This document shows positions 1 through 10,587 of a stretch of DNA of 64,000 bases, one piece after another. The position numbers and the translations under genes were made by a program. The stretch comes from Paramoeba atlantica (lineage: Eukaryota; Protista; Discosea). The notes beneath the pieces were generated by a model. That model had not been told where the DNA came from, ran no database searches, and saw nothing but the letters and a program-made list of their open reading frames with translations. The stretch is from assembly GCA_977017575.1 (NCBI GenBank), contig CDRNVI010000085.1, positions 29,013 to 93,012 of the forward strand, written 5' to 3'. Positions within the stretch are counted from its first letter, which is position 1. Every line of letters starts with the position of its first letter.

Positions 1-554
1 CTCGTTCCTCGCGGAGCGTCAGTGCTCGACAATGCCGTGGTTTGGTCTTTAAAAAACTCGTCAATACTCTTGTACTTGAGCGCCGAATTTCCTTTTCTGC
101 TCGTCTTGGGTTTTGCAGGTTCGAAAAAGGCCTCGCTGGTCAGGCTCGTTTTTGTTTGTGCCTCTTGAATAAGGCTTGTGTTCTGCGGCTCGAGCGCCGA
201 AACCCCTTTTCTGCTCGTCTTCGATACGACCTGCCCATGGGAAAAGAGAGCGAGAGCGTTTTAACCGTCGTCAAAAATCTATCTTCCTCGAGCGCGAAAT
301 CTCCTCTTCAGCTCGGAAGCGATAACCTTGAACCGGTCCGAGTACCTGTCCAAATCGGTTTTGCACGTGGCGCCTGCATAGAAGGAGGTGGACATGGCAA
401 CGGGTATGAAGGCGGGAAAGGTTTTAGGCCCTAAAGGAGGCAGAGATAACAGTATACGCTGAAGTTATGGCGTACGCATTTATAAACCACTTAAAAAAAG
501 ACTTCCAAAAAAAAAAACCTTTTCGTCGTATAGCAATTTTTCTTGTTTTCCTAC

Positions 555-656
555 TTTATAAAAAAGGTGTTCTTTATAAAAAAGGTGTTCTTTATAAAAA
601 AGGTGTTCTTTATAAAAAAGGTGTTCTTTATAAAAAAGGTGTTCTTTATAAAAAAG
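555..656. repeat. 18-bp tandem repeat (TTTATAAAAAAGGTGTTC) x5.7
   Basis: Five exact units plus a 12-nt partial unit. It abuts and truncates the RLE coding region of the element to its right. Confidence 0.95.
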
Positions 657-3600
657 AGGCTATGAGATTCCGTGTGTGTTCGTGCAAAGAACCACTTTCG
701 GTCATTGCAATGCACTTAAAGTAATCTTCTTCGATGCCGCCGGATTCAACGTACTTTTTCCTTTTCCTCTCAATCGCATTTTGCAACAGCTGTGTTTCAG
801 TCATCTTCCGATAGCTTAAGCTTCCGGTGTGAACTACGGTGATGTCATACAGTACTTCACCCATGTGTGGCCACATAATACCGAGGTCGGGGCCAGAGCG
901 TATTCTTCGGGCACGGCAAGGGTGCTTCTCAATCGATTCTGGAGAAATGTGCGCTTTGCATTTTGTGCAGTAAAAGGAAGCATGCATGCGCGGTTCAATC
1001 ACAGAGGGGAGGCCCGCTTTAGAGCACAGATATGCTAGGAACCGTACAAGAGATGAATGCTTTCTTGTTGCGTTCATTCCTGCGCATTTTGTGCATCCGA
1101 TTATATGTTGGAAGATTTCGTCCGATCTCATCTCAGCAGCACAACCCGGGCACTCGGCTCTTTCCGGCATCGAAGGAAGCTTGATTCCCAACCTGGTCAT
1201 AATGGTATATCGGAAAAGGTAGGGATTCACATATCCGCTAGTGGATTGTAGGTGGCGAAATGACGTCGTGGTTCGCTTCAGAATGGAGTCCAATCGTGGG
1301 TCTTTGCGTAGGTCTGTTGCTAGATCTTTTTGTTCTTTTTTTTATGGCTTTGGATGCATGTACTCGAGCTGTTTGCTGCATCGGTTTCGTGTCTCTGTTT
1401 TGATCTTTCGACATGCGAATACCTACCGGAGCTTTAGGGGTAATTAGTTGCTCATCAATAGATTTTCGTGCGGTGTCAAAATAGTATCGCTGCTTCAGAG
1501 TAGAAGGAGTTAGCCCAAGGCCACCCAAGTGTTGCGGTAATGACGCTAGTTGAATGGAAGTGTCATCTGCGAAGAACCAATATTTTACAATATCAGCAAT
1601 TTCTGTGTCAAATCTTTGTGCCATATCCAGGGATTCTGCCGGTTGGTGAACTCGAAGGTGATAATCGTTTCGCGGGAGTGCACATCGTTGCAGCATGGCG
1701 AGGGAGATGTTGCTAGGACCCATTTTTCGTAGCCTGCGGAATAAACATTGATGTTTCTCAAGTTTTCGGACGAGAAGAGCACTTATCTCTGCACGTTGCC
1801 CAATGTAGACGCCGAGAATTTTGATAGTTTTGTCACACTTGGATACCCCTAAAGAACTGAGAGCCAATGATTGTTCGTTGTTTTGCTTAGTAGCTTCGTG
1901 ATCAAACCATTCTGATTTCGAGAAGTTGATATTGAGGCCAATGTCAGATGATAATTCACGCAGCTGCAGAAAGGCTGCTTCTAGGGAAAGACAGTTTTTC
2001 GACGACATCGTCACATCATCCATATAGGCGCGGATTTTAACCTCGGGGAATAACTCGGCGAGTTCCACCAACGCTCCTTGTAGTAGTGCACAAAAGTAAA
2101 GAGAGGAAAGCGCAGAGCCTTGCCGTACCCCGGACGTGCTCTTTATCGTAGTGTGGAGGCGGTTGTTCGCAAAGAAAAGCAAGTCCGAGGGGTCGCCGTA
2201 TTCGCAGTAGAACATCCGCATGAATGGTTTGAAAGCGCTGTTTTGCTGCAGTGCCCGTGCAATGGCCGCTCTTTGTGGAGTGTTATACGCGTTCGAGTAG
2301 TCTACTGTCAGGATAGTGTGTCCGGAATCGCGGTCCTTGAGGAGTTCGTGAACAATGCTTTCGCACGCGTTTTTCTGTAGGACTCCACGTTGGATGGGAT
2401 AGAAGAAGCCTTTTAGAGATGCCTCGTGGCGTTGCAACAGAATGGAACCGCATATTTTTAGCACTGTATCACCCATCGCGATTGGTCGTATGCCGTTTTG
2501 TGGTTTCGCAAGGGCAATAATTCTACATCGAGTTAATCTGTTGCGTACCAATGCGCATACATCACCATTGATGACGTCCCTGAGCATGTGACATAGCGCG
2601 GTACAGGATTCGTTGTCGTCGGCTAATAGGCGGAGGATATTCTCACCGAGGCCTGTCGGCCCCGGGGCCGCTCCATGGGCAAGCTTGCTTATAGCCATCC
2701 GGACTTCTTCCAACTCAACCACACCGGCTGGCGGATATTCCGAAGTAGGTGCAGGGGGCGGGTCGCCAGGAGGGTGTAATTCTTTCAGCCGTCGTACCTT
2801 GTCGTCCAAACTTAGTGAGGAGTCGAGATAGACGTTGTCCAGAACCCTGGTTGCTTTGCCAAGATTCCCTGCGCGAGCTGCCTTTAGAGCGTTCCGGATT
2901 GAGCGCCGGTCAATTTCGAGTTCCTTCTGTTCTTCTTCGGTCAGATTGTCCACTGCTTCGGGTTTCGCGTTCTTTGGTAAGTGTGGTACACTTTCGCGTC
3001 GACGTATAGCTTTCCGGACTGTGAGTAGCGAATCGCGGGGCGCGTTCAGAAATTTATGCCAGACTGCTTCCTTCTCCGATGTCAGTTCTAGTCTTAGATA
3101 GTCTTTGATGATGGAACGAAAAATGGCAACTACGTGCACAGAGAAAGCCGAGTCAATTTGCGCGAAAGGCGGTAGCGGTTCTAAATCAACTCCGTGGTCA
3201 ACTTCTTCAGCATCACCTGCTGCACTCTCCATGGTTTGAGGTTCGTACCTAGGGACTCGGTGGAGTTTCGTGGCTTCAATGCTGAAGATCCTGATCTTGG
3301 ACGACTGAGGCAAATAAAGATTTCCTGAGGGACCTGTCGCCCCGGGGGCGGGCTTGTACGAGAGATTGATGCTCAGCGTTTTCTTTCTCACCTTCCGTGA
3401 GACAACTTCGCCGATCGAATCGTAAACCAAGTTCTGGGAGCTGCGGAAAGACCATCCTACGCTGCATTCGGTGCCTTTTCCCCAGTTCGAGATTTGGTCG
3501 ACGACGTAGTCTGGGGATATGGGGGAATTTTCTTCCGTGACGGTTTTCGCACCAGCGCTATCATAATCCGCGTCGGCCTCCGTGTCCAATTCGGGGCAGT

Positions 3601-3926
3601 GGCGCGACAATGTTTCTTTGGCAGAGGGTTTCTGTTCATCGCACCGCTTTTTTGACATGGATTTATGAGCTTGCGATTCTTTCTTCGAGTGGGTGTTCGG
3701 GCCGTTTGTGAGTTGGCAGGGGTTATGAACAAAGGATCTTCGTTCGTTTTGCAATGCGTAGCTCGCTTTATCTTGGGAAAGCGAGATCTTGGCAGGTTCA
3801 TGACGTTGGGCCTCACGGCTCTGGGAGACTTTCCGTGGCGGATCGCGCTTCTCGCTTTCGGAGCCGGATGATTCGCCTTCCTGTTTCCCTTGAATCAAAC
3901 GGCGCCAGGTTGGACGTCGATGCTTC
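646..3926 (-). pseudogene. RT-RLE polyprotein with a single frameshift
   Basis: Track ORFs 1238..5512 (RT part) and 646..1293 (finger + RLE) join by a 1-nt shift at the T8 run 1336-1343, after which KEQKDLATDLRKDPRLDSILKR is homologous to the intact copy at 27417. The C-terminus is cut at about 657. The indel could be a homopolymer sequencing error. Confidence 0.8.
657..3926 (-). mobile_element. CRE-clade non-LTR retrotransposon (RT-RLE), truncated at both ends by 18-bp arrays
   Basis: RT motifs LAKPQNGIRPIAMG, TVDYSNAYN, GVRQGSALS, AYMDD, LGGLGL. C-terminal CPGC-x12-H-x3-C finger and RSGPDL/YDITVVH/KRKKY RLE motifs. No poly(A) and no SL seen. Confidence 0.9.
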
Positions 3927-5472
3927 TTTACTTTTATTAAGACCTTTACTTTTATTAAGACCTTTACTTTTATTAAGACCTTTACTTTTATTAAGACCTT
4001 TACTTTTATTAAGACGTTTACTTTTATTAAGACCTTTACTTTTATTAAGACCTTTACTTTTATTAAGACCTTTACTTTTATTAAGACCTTTACTTTTATT
4101 AAGACCTTTACTTTTATTAAGACCTTTACTTTTATTAAGACCTTTACTTTTATTAAGACGTTTACTTTTATTAAGACCTTTACTTTTATTAAGACCTTTA
4201 CTTTTATTAAGACCTTTACTTTTATTAAGACCTTTACTTTTATTAAGACCTTTACTTTTATTAAGACCTTTACTTTTATTAAGACCTTTACTTTTATTAA
4301 GACCTTTACTTTTATTAAGACCTTTACTTTTATTAAGACCTTTACTTTTATTAAGACCTTTACTTTTATTAAGACCTTTACTTTTATTAAGACCTTTACT
4401 TTTATTAAGACCTTTACTTTTATTAAGACCTTTACTTTTATTAAGACCTTTGCTTTTATTAAGACCTTTACTTTTATTAAGACCTTTACTTTTATTAAGA
4501 CCTTTACTTTTATTAAGACCTTTACTTTTATTAAGACCTTTACTTTTATTAAGACCTTTACTTTTATTAAGACCTTTACTTTTATTAAGACCTTTACTTT
4601 TATTAAGACCTTTACTTTTATTAAGACCTTTACTTTTATTAAGACCTTTACTTTTATTAAGACCTTTACTTTTATTAAGACCTTTACTTTTATTAAGACC
4701 TTTACTTTTATTAAGACCTTTACTTTTATTAAGACCTTTACTTTTATTAAGACCTTTACTTTTATTAAGACCTTTGCTTTTATTAAGACCTTTACTTTTA
4801 TTAAGACCTTTACTTTTATTAAGACCTTTACTTTTATTAAGACCTTTACTTTTATTAAGACCTTTACTTTTATTAAGACCTTTACTTTTATTAAGACCTT
4901 TACTTTTATTAAGACCTTTACTTTTATTAAGACCTTTACTTTTATTAAGACCTTTACTTTTATTAAGACCTTTACTTTTATTAAGACCTTTACTTTTATT
5001 AAGACCTTTACTTTTATTAGGACCTTTACTTTTATTAAGACCTTTACTTTTATTAAGACCTTTACTTTTATTAAGACCTTTACTTTTATTAAGACCTTTA
5101 CTTTTATTAAGACCTTTACTTTTATTAAGACCTTTACTTTTATTAAGACCTTTACTTTTATTAAGACCTTTACTTTTATTAAGACCTTTACTTTTATTAA
5201 GACCTTTACTTTTATTAAGACCTTTACTTTTATTAGGACCTTTACTTTTATTAAGACCTTTACTTTTATTAAGACCTTTACTTTTATTAAGACCTTTACT
5301 TTTATTAAGACCTTTACTTTTATTAAGACCTTTACTTTTATTAAGACCTTTACTTTTATTAAGACCTTTACTTTTATTAAGACCTTTACTTTTATTAAGA
5401 CCTTTACTTTTATTAAGACCTTTACTTTTATTAAGACCTTTACTTTTATTAAGACCTTTACTTTTATTAAGA
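3927..5472. repeat. 18-bp minisatellite (TTTACTTTTATTAAGACC) x~86
   Basis: Near-perfect array. Three variant units each occur twice: C>G at 4016/4160, A>G at 4452/4776, A>G at 5020/5236. Confidence 0.98.
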
Positions 5473-5876
5473 ATTGCTCATCAGAATATAATTTTAATAA
5501 ACAAATAATCAATTTGTAATCACTAAATATAATTTAAATACGAGGCACCCAAATACCTGTGTTTTGAACGTTATTATAAATAAAATTATTTGATGAATAT
5601 AGTACTAAAGGACGTCCTTATAAAAACAATCTTCACCTCTCTCTCTCTCTTGCGAATGGGTAGTTCCCCGGCGGGGACCACCCACTCGCCAGTTCTCACA
5701 CTCACCCACACGCTAGTAATGAAACCCCCAGGCGAAACCCCCAGGTCGCCTACTACCTGAGAGCCCCCCTCATCACCTCGTACTCTCACTCACACATTGC
5801 CCAATCCTCACATCAACATACATCCCATACATATCAAAATCGCTCGAATATCCGTTCTTCCTGGTTATTGATTGTA

Positions 5877-7283
5877 TCAATGCTTTTTCTCTTCACACAT
5901 TCTGCTATATGGATCTGCAGGATTTTCTTTTGATGCAATATATTCTGCCTGTACTGCAATTCCTTGACGCTTCAAATATTTCAACAAACCATACAACTCC
6001 GAAGTAATGCCATCAGATCCTGACACTTTCCTATTGATCGCTGCTAAACAGGATGTATTGTCAACAAATAAATCTACGCATGTATCTCGCTGAAAGTGAT
6101 GCCCGTACTTCTCAAACGCCAAACGTACTGCCCGAGCTTCGGCCCGATTCACTTCGTACTTGAAACCCTCCGGCCAGGAGGCTCCGGTACATAAAACTTT
6201 CCCATAGTCGAGGTAAAGCACCGCCCCCCACCCGGTGGACGACGCATCGGTAAATAGAACGTGCTGATGTGGTACTGTATCAGGATGTCGGACCGGGTCC
6301 ACTGGAGAACAATAGATCAAGGAATCGCGCCACTCGGTCAACTTCACTCGCACTCGTAATGGTAAAGGTACGACAGTATCCAATAGACAAGGATCGCGAT
6401 TTAAATGATTGATTCGTCGTCGGACAATTTTCAAGAATAGATGATATTGGGGAATCGGTATGCCCATGATTGCCGAAGCAAAAATGAGCCTCCCAACACC
6501 GGCCTCCAGCCCAGAGTATGTGGTATGCATGTAGTTATCATTCTGAAGTCTTCGCGTTATCTTGGGTCCCAATGCAACTTTCCCTGATCGGTGGTGATAA
6601 TTGACTCCATTGAATGTGTAGTTCTGCAAAGGTGGCACCCCAACCTCCTTAAAACGGGCGTTAACTTGCTGCGCCCGTCGATCTATAAACGCGGCATATT
6701 CCTGTGTATTTTTTTCACTAGAAGCGTAACGAATGCCGTCGATATACACATCCAGACCATTGTGGGCAAACGCCGATTTCTTATTACAGTAAGCTGGATC
6801 TCCCGCTATTGTCGCGGTTAACGAGTGCATCAACTCAGGGGCACACCGGTGTCCCATCGGCATCACATTCATTTCATATACTTGCCCACTGCGGTCCAAA
6901 AATCAGAACTTCGCCCTACTTTCGGATGGAATCGCGACCTGAAAAAAACCGCATGCCAGATCACGCTTTACCGCCGAGTCCTGTCGGGCTCGATGGAGAT
7001 AATAGGCTGCATGTTTTACCGGTACTTGTGGCTCATAAACCTCCTTAATCCGTGCGTTGTCATCCCGGGTCCATGCTATAAACCGCCGGCGTTCTGTCTC
7101 GTCGTCAGCAGGCTCGACAACCGTGAATGGTATCACCCATTCCATCGTTGGGCGACGCTGTGCTTCCTCTGTGTTGACGTGTGACACAAATCCTGCGTCC
7201 ACCAGCTGGGTTATATCCTTGTCGTGCAATAATGATTTACACGCCGGTGTTTTACTCGGAGAAATCAGCGTCTTCTTTCTCAC
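5877..7283 (-). pseudogene. DIRS-type RT + RNase H with an in-frame TGA at 6903-6905
   Basis: VKRDLACGFFQ, VMPMGHRCAP, YIDG, LFTDASSTGWG, EVNRAEA, LFVDN. The stop sits where the paralog has Arg (KFRF), consistent with CGA>TGA. Confidence 0.85.
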
Positions 7284-7320
7284 ACATAATGAACAAGAAT
7301 AAATAAAATGAAACCAATTC

Positions 7321-8388
7321 CTAAATCATGTAATATCTTTCTTCATAAAGCAATTCAAAGAATTCAACTGCTTTAGTATCCTCACCACCTATCCATGAAA
7401 AGAAATTAAGGTACCTGGCCATTTCAATCAAACTTACAGTATTTGAAACAAATCCACAACAAACTCCTTTACTTACGAACGGGCATCCCGTCCGCCAACT
7501 CCGCGAACCAGCGCACCGTTGACCAACCTCCGTCACCGTTGATCTGGACATTGGCTGGTGCTGTCCCAACTGACTGATGTACGCGTGAAGGGTAGCGGTT
7601 CCGGGGCCCTCGATCACCGTGTACATGGAGGGTCGGTATGGGTTGAACCTGGAAGTCTTTGTTTTTCTCCCCCACCAAATCACTATTCTTAACGGCGTTA
7701 ATTCGCGAAATTGTTCCTTCGTCAAACTTGCAGTCTCGGTCCACCGGCTGGCTGCTTTCCAACAAAGCATCAAGGTATGTCTTTCGCTGCATGGGAGATG
7801 GTGCCATAACTGGTTCAGTAACGTGGGTGTCAAAGGAGCCATCTGGCGTACTGGCTCCGTGGCCCCTTCTGCCATCAGTGATTTTACATAAAATTTTAGA
7901 GGATTCGTTTCCAGGCCTGCGAGGCTTAATATAGAAGCGAGGCTGCGTGCGTACGTGAGCTTGCCCTGTACTCTGATGTTCATCGTCGCCACAAAAGTTG
8001 CTGCATGTATCGCGGTAATTTCGATTGCCTTCCAATTGCAAAAGGCGGTTAGTCTTTCCCACAACCTCGCCCTGCTTTTCCAGGTTGCGTTGCTCCACAT
8101 CTCGGACATCCCATCTAGTGCTACACGGACCTCTTCCGTCACGTGAGTAATTCCCATTAATAACTTCATCAACTTCATCCTTACTGGCGTAGTATCCACA
8201 CTTAACATTCCTCCGTACAAACTCCCAGATCTTATCAATCTCCCTTTCAAGTCGCCTGCACTTGGTACATTCACCGTCTGCTTTTCCGTTTGTAACCTTC
8301 CCTCCATCCTCCTTTTCTTTGCAACTTGCATATTCGACACACTTTTCCCCTTGAATATAATAACACTGGCCGTTAGGGTGGGGCTTTT
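7321..8388 (-). pseudogene. Tyrosine recombinase, C-terminal catalytic part lost
   Basis: MWSNATWKSRARLW, WKAASRWTET and TKTSRFNPYRP match the YR at 12313-13434. The HSIKRG/KH/Y region is replaced by unrelated sequence below about 7520. Confidence 0.8.
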
Positions 8389-8667
8389 TCATAAGCTCTT
8401 GCTGCTCCCGGCAGGGCCAGCCACCCGCGAACGAAAATCCCGCTTTGGACAGTTTTTCCATACATGATCGGGTGAACGGCACCCAAAACACAGCATTCCC
8501 GGTCTTCGGTATGGCGCAGGCGCGCGAGCTGGTGTGACGTGCGGAGTAAAATAACGCTGTGATCCTTGAGGTACATACGTGGCGTATGCTCGAGATAAAC
8601 GTTTTTCTCTTTCCGTCAGCTGATCACTCACGTGGTGGTAAAATTTATCGTTGGGACGCACGTCTTT
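8389..8667 (-). pseudogene. Gag-like C-terminal fragment with CCHC zinc knuckle
   Basis: CFGCRSPDHVWKNC. The apparent ATG at 8676 belongs to the adjoining satellite fragment. Confidence 0.8.
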
Positions 8668-8769
8668 GAATTTCATTTTGTGTGAATATCGTACTTTGTA
8701 GAGATCCTATATAAAGTATACGCCCATTCAGGGTAAGGTTTACAATAACTATCAAAACATATAGTTGCA
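8668..8769. repeat. Fragment of the 629-bp satellite unit (left half of an interrupted unit)
   Basis: Matches GAATTTCATTTTGTGTG...CATATAGTTGCA of the units beyond 43 kb. It ends in AGTTGCA, which recurs at 42816-42822 where the unit resumes. Confidence 0.9.
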
Positions 8770-9790
8770 TTTTTTTTTTTTAGCTTTATCCAAATAGAAT
8801 AGTCACTAATACAGTCACATAAGAATAAAATCAATTTCACGCGAAAATGCATACAGTTCATACACGTACATAATTATTAACAAACCCTATTCAAATATAA
8901 TCCCTCCTGTTTTTTTTTTTTTTTTTTTGCAATTAATAAGGGGGGAGAAGTATGAATCGCGGCATTGCCTCTATATTTTGACCCAGTAGACGAACCAAGT
9001 AGGTCCATTGGTGGGGGTATACGAGTTGAAAACAAGCAATCAAATTAGCAATTTGAAAATATAACTTTTTTTTTTTTTTTTTACTAAAAACTAGCAAACA
9101 ATTCTACCCGAAATCCACCCCTAATCAAATCACTCCCGCACCAAAACTAAGACCCGTGACGGCACGTCGGTTAGTGACTTGGTACCCCCCCTTGCCCCCC
9201 CCCCTTTTCGCAGAGAAACACCCTCCCCCCCCCCTGCGGCTATTAAATGATTGGGGGGGACCGAATTACTCATCGTTCCCATATCCAAGGAGGGCCGTGT
9301 CAGGGACCGCCGCGGGAAGTCGGAGTACCAGCATCCGAGCCTGTGTCCGCATCAGAGTGATGTTAAGTGACGTCACCAATTGGTGTAAGGCTTCCCCGTT
9401 CGAAAGGGTACCCCCGGAGTATGCCGCACGAGAGACGGAAACCTCCTTGAGGATCGCAAAGGCGCTTGGACTCCACGCTCCATAAGATTCCACGACCATC
9501 GCTCCAAATCGATGGCGTGCGAACTCTGCTTCCTCTCTTTGCTTCTTTTTGTTTTCGGTGGCGTATCGTTCCGCAAAAGACCCCGCCGTCACCCAGTTAG
9601 CATCACGGACTAAGTCCGTATACTTTGGTTGCTGAACATGAGTGACGGCGAAGTCTAATACAAGAGACTGGCCTAGCCCGATTGTAGGGATGAACACGTC
9701 TCCGGGCCTGGTGAGGGCGCCCCCAGGACCCTTGTTGCCCAGACTCACTTCTCTCCGCGGGGTGAAACCGGCCTTTTTACATTCAGAAGT

Positions 9791-10474
9791 GAAATCCACA
9801 CCGAGGGGCCGCACAGGACATAAAAGAAAATAACTATAAAGATGAAATAATAATTTATTTTCACATGAGTTCACCTATTCATATCATATACATGAAAAGC
9901 AAATTGAAACGTATGTAGCTTCTACATCATCTTGACAAAATAGGCCTTTCAAAACAAACAATATAAATTTATAATATATCACTATGTTAGCGGGTTGCAC
10001 CCGCCAAACCCGGCGGCTATAGGATGGGGGTTTGGTGGGTGGGACAAAAAAACGCGTAAAGGAAAAAAATTCTACAAGTAAGTAATCAGTAAATATGTAA
10101 ATTTTCAGAATACATATTGTAGCTTTTATACATGATTCAATTACAACCCCCTTTCGGGGAAAAGAACAATGAAAATTATAACCCCCTTCCGGGGCATTTG
10201 ACCCGATATTAGCCCCTCGGTTAAATTTCCATGCGTAGACTTCTAGAAATCCACACCGAGGGGCCGCACAGGACATAAAAGAAAATAACTATAAAGATGA
10301 AATAATAATTTATTTTCACATGAGTTCACCTATTCATATCATATACATGAAAAGCAAATTGAAACGTATGTAGCTTCTACATCATCTTGACAAAATAGGT
10401 CTTTCAAAACAAACAATATAAATTTATAATATATCACTATGTTAGCGGGTTGCACCCGCCAAACCCGGCGGCTA
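9791..10474 (-). repeat. B1-A2-(23 bp)-B2 terminal repeat block of the YR element
   Basis: Direct reading of the duplicated segments listed for the element. Confidence 0.92.
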
Positions 10475-10587
10475 CCTGCCCACACACAAGTCACAATATT
10501 TTCCCGAACACACAGTAATTTTTTTTTTCCGAAAATAACTAGGGAAGGTTAACACAATAATAGATGACCGGTCTATTATCGTGCCCT

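Larger units (their letters stand above)
5877..8667 (-). mobile_element. Degenerate VIPER/TATE-like tyrosine-recombinase retrotransposon (gag-YR-RT/RNase H)
   Basis: Gene order on the minus strand is CCHC gag tail, YR, RT, RNase H. It is homologous throughout to the complete element at 9791-15009. It is 5'-truncated against a satellite fragment. Confidence 0.85.

Noticed and set aside
1-554. 130-aa ORF and a 30-bp imperfect direct repeat (about 78-108 and 192-221)
   Set aside because: No recognisable motif, and the region is cut by the window edge. There is not enough to assign.
3754-5512. Long (IKVKVL)n and (LLLRPL)n ORFs
   Set aside because: These come from an 18-bp unit that lacks stops in some frames. 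There is no SL or credible start, and the intact paralog at 27417 has no such repeat.
6903-6905. Stop-codon reassignment (in-frame TGA in RT)
   Set aside because: This single case aligns to Arg and fits a CGA>TGA transition. Long ORFs elsewhere end at ordinary stops and use TGG for Trp.
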